In this document: positions 57,898 through 61,212 of the stretch, one piece after another
How positions within the stretch are numbered: the stretch's first letter is position 1
How the letters are laid out: each line of letters starts with the position of its first letter
Assembly (NCBI GenBank): GCA_947627505.1
Contig: CANQWG010000004.1
Location: 1-61,212, forward strand
Origin: an uncultured Bacilli bacterium
GTDB taxonomy: Bacteria; Bacillota_I; Bacilli_A; RFN20; CAG-449
Direction: 5' to 3'
Length of the DNA stretch: 61,212 nt
Notes under the pieces: generated by a model
What the model saw: only the letters and a program-made list of their open reading frames with translations
What the model was told of the DNA's origin: nothing
Database searches by the model: none
Made by a program: the position numbers and the translations under genes

Positions 57898-58890
57898 TTA
57901 CTTTTTATATTTTTCTATTTGCGATGTTAGATGGTTTATAAATTTATCGATAAGTGATTTAGGTTCTAATAATTTAAATTCATCCCCGTATTGATTAATC
58001 CAATAAAACAATGCAGTTTCATCGCATTTCACTTTCGCATAGAGTTTACCATCTTTCTCGAAAATTTTTGCCTTTTTACCAAACCAATCATTTATATACT
58101 GAATTGCCCAAGATTTTTCTATAAGAATTAGAGCGTCAACAACTTCATTTGCAAACAAATAAATATGTTCATTTAAATATTTACTGATATCAAAATTTTC
58201 TATTCCATTGAGCGTATTTAACGGCTTAATTGTCCATTCTTCTTCGATTTTGGTTTCTATCATATAATCAATACGAAATGTCTGCAATGGTCTATATTTT
58301 TCTCGATAGTTGCATAATAAATAATATCTTCCAAAATTATTAATCAAAAAATACGGAGACACGATATATCGATATCCATTTCTTCGTACACAAGGATTAC
58401 CATTTTTGTCATAAGTCAAATACTTAAATGATATGCGCTTATTAGCTTTAATGGCATCCTCTATCAACTCAATATTATAGAAAATATCATGATTAGTTGT
58501 TCTTATAAGTTCATCACTTTTATAGATGTACGAGTAATTTTTTCTTTGATATTTACTTAAACACGAATTAACTTTCTGTGATAAATTTATAGCTTGCTTC
58601 CCTGTTATAGCCTTTGAAGAAAAAATTGCATCATTAATAAATCTCACTTCAGCAAGATCAAAGGTCCTAGAAAGCAGAGCGAAGCCACCTTTCGAACCTC
58701 TAACAATATCATAGTCAAGTTCTTCTAACAAATTCAAAGAAGAGCCTATACTTTTTCTCTCTAATTCGATTCCATATTGACGAGAAATTATACTCGCTAT
58801 TTCCATTTGTGTTAAATAATGTTCTTCATCGGTAAATTCATGTAAAACCTTAAGAACTAGAAGTATTGAGCTCTTTTTATTTTGCAGCAT
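57898..58890 (-). CDS. HTH + WYL-domain transcriptional regulator (BrxR/CapW-like architecture)
   Basis: An N-terminal winged HTH (ILLVLKVLHEFTDEEHYLTQMEIASII), a central WYL-type segment (RYIVSPYFLINNFGRYYLLCNY...LQTFRIDYM) and a C-terminal WCX-like extension. Confidence 0.7.
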   Translation of the reverse strand: MLQNKKSSILLVLKVLHEFTDEEHYLTQMEIASIISRQYGIELERKSIGSSLNLLEELDYDIVRGSKGGFALLSRTFDLAEVRFINDAIFSSKAITGKQAINLSQKVNSCLSKYQRKNYSYIYKSDELIRTTNHDIFYNIELIEDAIKANKRISFKYLTYDKNGNPCVRRNGYRYIVSPYFLINNFGRYYLLCNYREKYRPLQTFRIDYMIETKIEEEWTIKPLNTLNGIENFDISKYLNEHIYLFANEVVDALILIEKSWAIQYINDWFGKKAKIFEKDGKLYAKVKCDETALFYWINQYGDEFKLLEPKSLIDKFINHLTSQIEKYKK

Positions 58891-58955
58891 ACATTAACTC
58901 TCTTTTTTGTTTTTTAACTTAAAAAAATATTAATAAAAAATTAATGTCGCAAAAA

Positions 58956-59141
58956 TTATTTGTTCAAGAGCATTGTTAGAAGATTTCCTTGACCAATTTT
59001 ACGGCCAGAGGCATCTCTTGTGACCTTGCCATCAAATTCACCTAACTTGCGTCCACTAGCGTCTCTAATGATTTGTCTCGTTCCGTAATCTTGGATTTCA
59101 CCAATTTTACGACCAGTTCTGTCTCTTAAAACTTGATTCAT
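58956..59141 (-). CDS. 61-aa tandem-repeat miniprotein
   Basis: Three copies of RD(R/A)(T/S)GRK(I/L)G: RDRTGRKIGE, RDASGRKLGE, RDASGRKIGQ. A strong AAGGAGAG RBS lies upstream. Confidence 0.5.
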   Translation of the reverse strand: MNQVLRDRTGRKIGEIQDYGTRQIIRDASGRKLGEFDGKVTRDASGRKIGQGNLLTMLLNK

Positions 59142-59161
59142 TTTTTACTCTCCTTTTTTTA

Positions 59162-59290
59162 TTATTTTATCATATCAAGTGTCCGATTTTTAGTACTTGT
59201 AATACTCCTATCAGTTATATTCATTAATAAACCATCATCAACTAATGCATGCCTAAAGTAAACATAATTAAAAGCGAGGTACTTTTTCAT
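59162..59290 (-). CDS. Possible 42-aa ORF at the head of the cassette operon
   Basis: MKKYLAFNYVYFRHALVDDGLLMNITDRSITSTKNRTLDMIK. It has a weak GGAAG RBS and ends 20 nt before the 61-aa ORF. Confidence 0.2.
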   Translation of the reverse strand: MKKYLAFNYVYFRHALVDDGLLMNITDRSITSTKNRTLDMIK

Positions 59291-59464
59291 TTTTTTACTT
59301 CCATAATTAATTAATGTCAATAAGAATGCTTTTTGTATATAAATTATAATTTATGCCAAATATAAATGGTTGTTTTAATAGTAAAAATATTAATTTATAT
59401 TTTCGTGCTTCATTAAACATTTAAGTTTATGAATTTTTAAAAATATTAAATTCCGTAATAGAGG

Positions 59465-59505
59465 TAAAAAGTAATTTATTTTGCAATTTTCGATAGTTAT
59501 TTTAA
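59465..59505. repeat. 41-bp direct repeat, right copy
   Basis: Identical to 55796-55836. Confidence 0.95.
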
Positions 59506-59548
59506 TGAGGCATTTTTTGTGATAAACTCATAGTGAGAGGTCAACAAA

Positions 59549-59995
59549 ATGAAACTTAAACCATATATAAAAATACCTTTGATTTCCAATAGTGTAATTA
59601 CTTTATTTGCTTTGATTATCGTCTTTTTAATTTACTTTGACGTTCATCATATGACGATGCCAATCGAAGGTCTTATTTTCATCGGTGCGGTTCTTGTTGT
59701 CGCCATCATTTACACTATTTTATTAATCGTTAAAACTGAATACTTATTAATGGATGACACCTTTACTTACAAAGCCATCTTCAAAAGCATGACTTACGAT
59801 TATAAAGATGTGATTTTTATCGCCGATCAACATGCCATTAAAGGACATCACTTGACGATTTATTTTTACGATGGTCGTTCCCTTGCATTAGTAACCGACA
59901 AAGAAAACACTCTCGGTCAAGAGTTGAAAAAAAGATGCCCTCAAACGATCGACGAAACGGAATTTCATAATCGTTATCCAGGCATCAAATTATAA
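59549..59995 (+). CDS. Membrane protein of unknown function
   Basis: 148 aa with two N-terminal TM segments plus a soluble tail. GAGAGG RBS. Confidence 0.5.
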   Translation: MKLKPYIKIPLISNSVITLFALIIVFLIYFDVHHMTMPIEGLIFIGAVLVVAIIYTILLIVKTEYLLMDDTFTYKAIFKSMTYDYKDVIFIADQHAIKGHHLTIYFYDGRSLALVTDKENTLGQELKKRCPQTIDETEFHNRYPGIKL

Positions 59996-60739
59996 TTTTT
60001 TAATTAACTCTTGATCGCGAAGACGCATCTTATCAACCTCTTCGCGAATCCGTTTTTCGATTAAAGGAGCAATTTCAGTGCCGTTTTTTCCTTGATATTG
60101 AGAAGGATCAACCGGCTCTAAAAAGCGTATTTGAACTGGGAATTCCCGGTTTTTATATTTTGTATCAAAGATTCTAAATGTCCCATATATAGCAACCGGG
60201 ACAATCTTTTTTTCGGTCGCTAGCGCCGGTTTTAAAGCTCCGGCTTTGAATTCGCCAAGTTCCATATTCTTATCTTTAGTACGGGTACCTTCCGGAAAAA
60301 TAATCCATCGGCGATTATCGTATAATAGCGATTTTTTAATCGCCTTCATTACATTCATTTCCTGACGTAAATTATCGCGATCGATAAATTCACCATTGAT
60401 GGCTTTTACGATTCTTCCAATCAGCGGATATTTTTCGATTTCCTTCTTTGCCACGAAAGTGGTCGGTTCTTTAAAAATCGCTAGGAAAACCAAAGGATCC
60501 GCGACCGATTGATGATTGGGGGTCAACAAGTAACTTTGTTCACATGGCAGATTTTCATAACCATCAATATAATATTTAACATTGAATGCTTTCAAAACTT
60601 TAGCGCAAATCTTCGACGATTTTTGGTAACGTTTCAAATACGAGAAACGTTCCGGATGTCGCGAATATCGAAAAATCCAAACATAAGAAACTAGCAATCG
60701 GGGAAGTAGCAAAATCACCGCTTTGACATACTTGAGCAT
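59990..60739 (-). CDS. plsC: 1-acyl-sn-glycerol-3-phosphate acyltransferase
   Basis: NHQSVADP (HX4D) and FPEGTR motifs. Confidence 0.8.
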   Translation of the reverse strand: MLKYVKAVILLLPRLLVSYVWIFRYSRHPERFSYLKRYQKSSKICAKVLKAFNVKYYIDGYENLPCEQSYLLTPNHQSVADPLVFLAIFKEPTTFVAKKEIEKYPLIGRIVKAINGEFIDRDNLRQEMNVMKAIKKSLLYDNRRWIIFPEGTRTKDKNMELGEFKAGALKPALATEKKIVPVAIYGTFRIFDTKYKNREFPVQIRFLEPVDPSQYQGKNGTEIAPLIEKRIREEVDKMRLRDQELIKKL

Positions 60740-60748
60740 AACTCCTCC

Positions 60749-61042
60749 TTAAAGAGATTCGATCTTACCTCCAGAACTAAGGACTAAGTTCAAACTCTCT
60801 ACTATAATTATAGCGATTTTGTTCTGAGTTTCAATTCTTCCGCGAATCACGACCAAACTTTCTTCCGGCAAGGAAAAAAGGACGTTTTTTTGATCGCGAG
60901 TCCAATACATCAGCGGCAGTCGATCGCATTCAAAATGGCCTTGACTATCCTTATAGTCCCTTTCAACCGCTAAATAACGAATCGCCTCTTCGTTTTGGTC
61001 GCGTTCTTTTAAAATTCCTAGCAATGTAACTGAATTAATCAT
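60749..61042 (-). CDS. Short SSB-like OB-fold protein
   Basis: From ATG 61042 (GGAGG RBS): MINSVTLLGIL...LAVER.YKD..G....D.L.L.YW...LVVIRGRIET. It follows the SSB OB-fold pattern but lacks an acidic tail. Confidence 0.45.
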   Translation of the reverse strand: MINSVTLLGILKERDQNEEAIRYLAVERDYKDSQGHFECDRLPLMYWTRDQKNVLFSLPEESLVVIRGRIETQNKIAIIIVESLNLVLSSGGKIESL

Positions 61043-61077
61043 ATAAAAACCTCCGCTTCTTTTATTGTAACGGAGGT
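61043..61077 (-). promoter_or_regulatory. Hairpin whose 3' arm is the SD of the SSB-like gene, followed by a U-run
   Basis: The minus strand reads ACCTCCG-15nt-CGGAGGT-TTTTTA-ATG. It could be an upstream terminator or an SD-sequestering structure. Confidence 0.35.
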
Positions 61078-61212
61078 CACTTAAATTGAATCTCAAGTTT
61101 CGTTTGAAGTTGTCTCAAAGTTTAGCACAGACAAGACCCATCTTCCGTCGTTGTTCACTAGATTTTCCGTCGTTTTAATAAAATAATTTCATGCAAATTG
61201 ATTTAACTATAT

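Larger units (their letters stand above)
55796..59505 (-). mobile_element. Direct-repeat-bounded AT-rich accessory cassette (no recombinase gene)
   Basis: Perfect 41-bp direct repeats at both ends, a visible drop in GC relative to both flanks, and defence-type gene content. Confidence 0.4.

Noticed and set aside
57654-57941. 95-aa plus-strand ORF from the track, inside the cassette
   Set aside because: It has no RBS and a hydrophobic, low-complexity translation typical of AT-rich antisense DNA. It overlaps the 3' end of the WYL gene and the whole RBS-bearing 47-aa minus-strand ORF.
1-61212. CRISPR arrays, tRNA/rRNA genes, IS elements, prophage genes
   Set aside because: Reading the intergenic regions, I saw no regularly spaced repeat-spacer array, no tRNA-like T-arm (GGTTCGAATCC-type) in a cloverleaf context, no transposase or integrase motifs, and no phage structural genes.

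Overview
This is a low-GC Firmicutes (Bacillota) chromosomal segment from an endospore-former: spo0A, spoIVB, an uninterrupted sigK, a SpoIIIAH-like gene and a Cse60-like gene are all present. Most of the window is housekeeping, arranged in blocks that match the Bacillus subtilis map as I remember it. These blocks are rpmG/efp; yneF-plsY-parE-parC; yqeG-yqeH-yhbY-nadD/yqeK-rsfS; xerD...deoB; and Asp23...nusB-xseA-xseB-dxs-recN-spoIVB-spo0A. The rest of the core is tex, leuS with a Leu T-box leader, an asd-dapF-aminotransferase operon, glgC-glgD-glgA, a GH13 glycosidase and a choloylglycine-hydrolase-family gene. I saw no rRNA, tRNA, CRISPR array or transposase. The only recombinase is housekeeping-type xerD. 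The most interesting region is 50.3-59.5 kb. It holds a Wadjet/Mks-like SMC operon (jetA-, jetB- and jetC-like) with no recognisable jetD. Directly upstream of it lies a visibly AT-rich 3.7-kb cassette bounded by perfect 41-bp direct repeats. The cassette encodes a WYL-domain regulator, a 455-aa protein with a PD-(D/E)xK-type nuclease motif, a 61-aa tandem-repeat miniprotein and two short ORFs missing from the supplied track. I regard it as the best candidate for an undescribed defence-type module. Other accessory signals: an orphan AbiEi-like antitoxin gene in an AT-rich insertion between the Asp23 gene and nusB; a phased ACTAA(T)x3 element at the 3' ends of three minus-strand genes; a promoter-plus-U-tail candidate sRNA near rpmG; two tandem RimK-like ATP-grasp genes; a NadD-YqeK fusion; and an ABC importer lacking an ATPase gene. 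All family assignments come from reading motifs and from remembered homologues. No database search was run.
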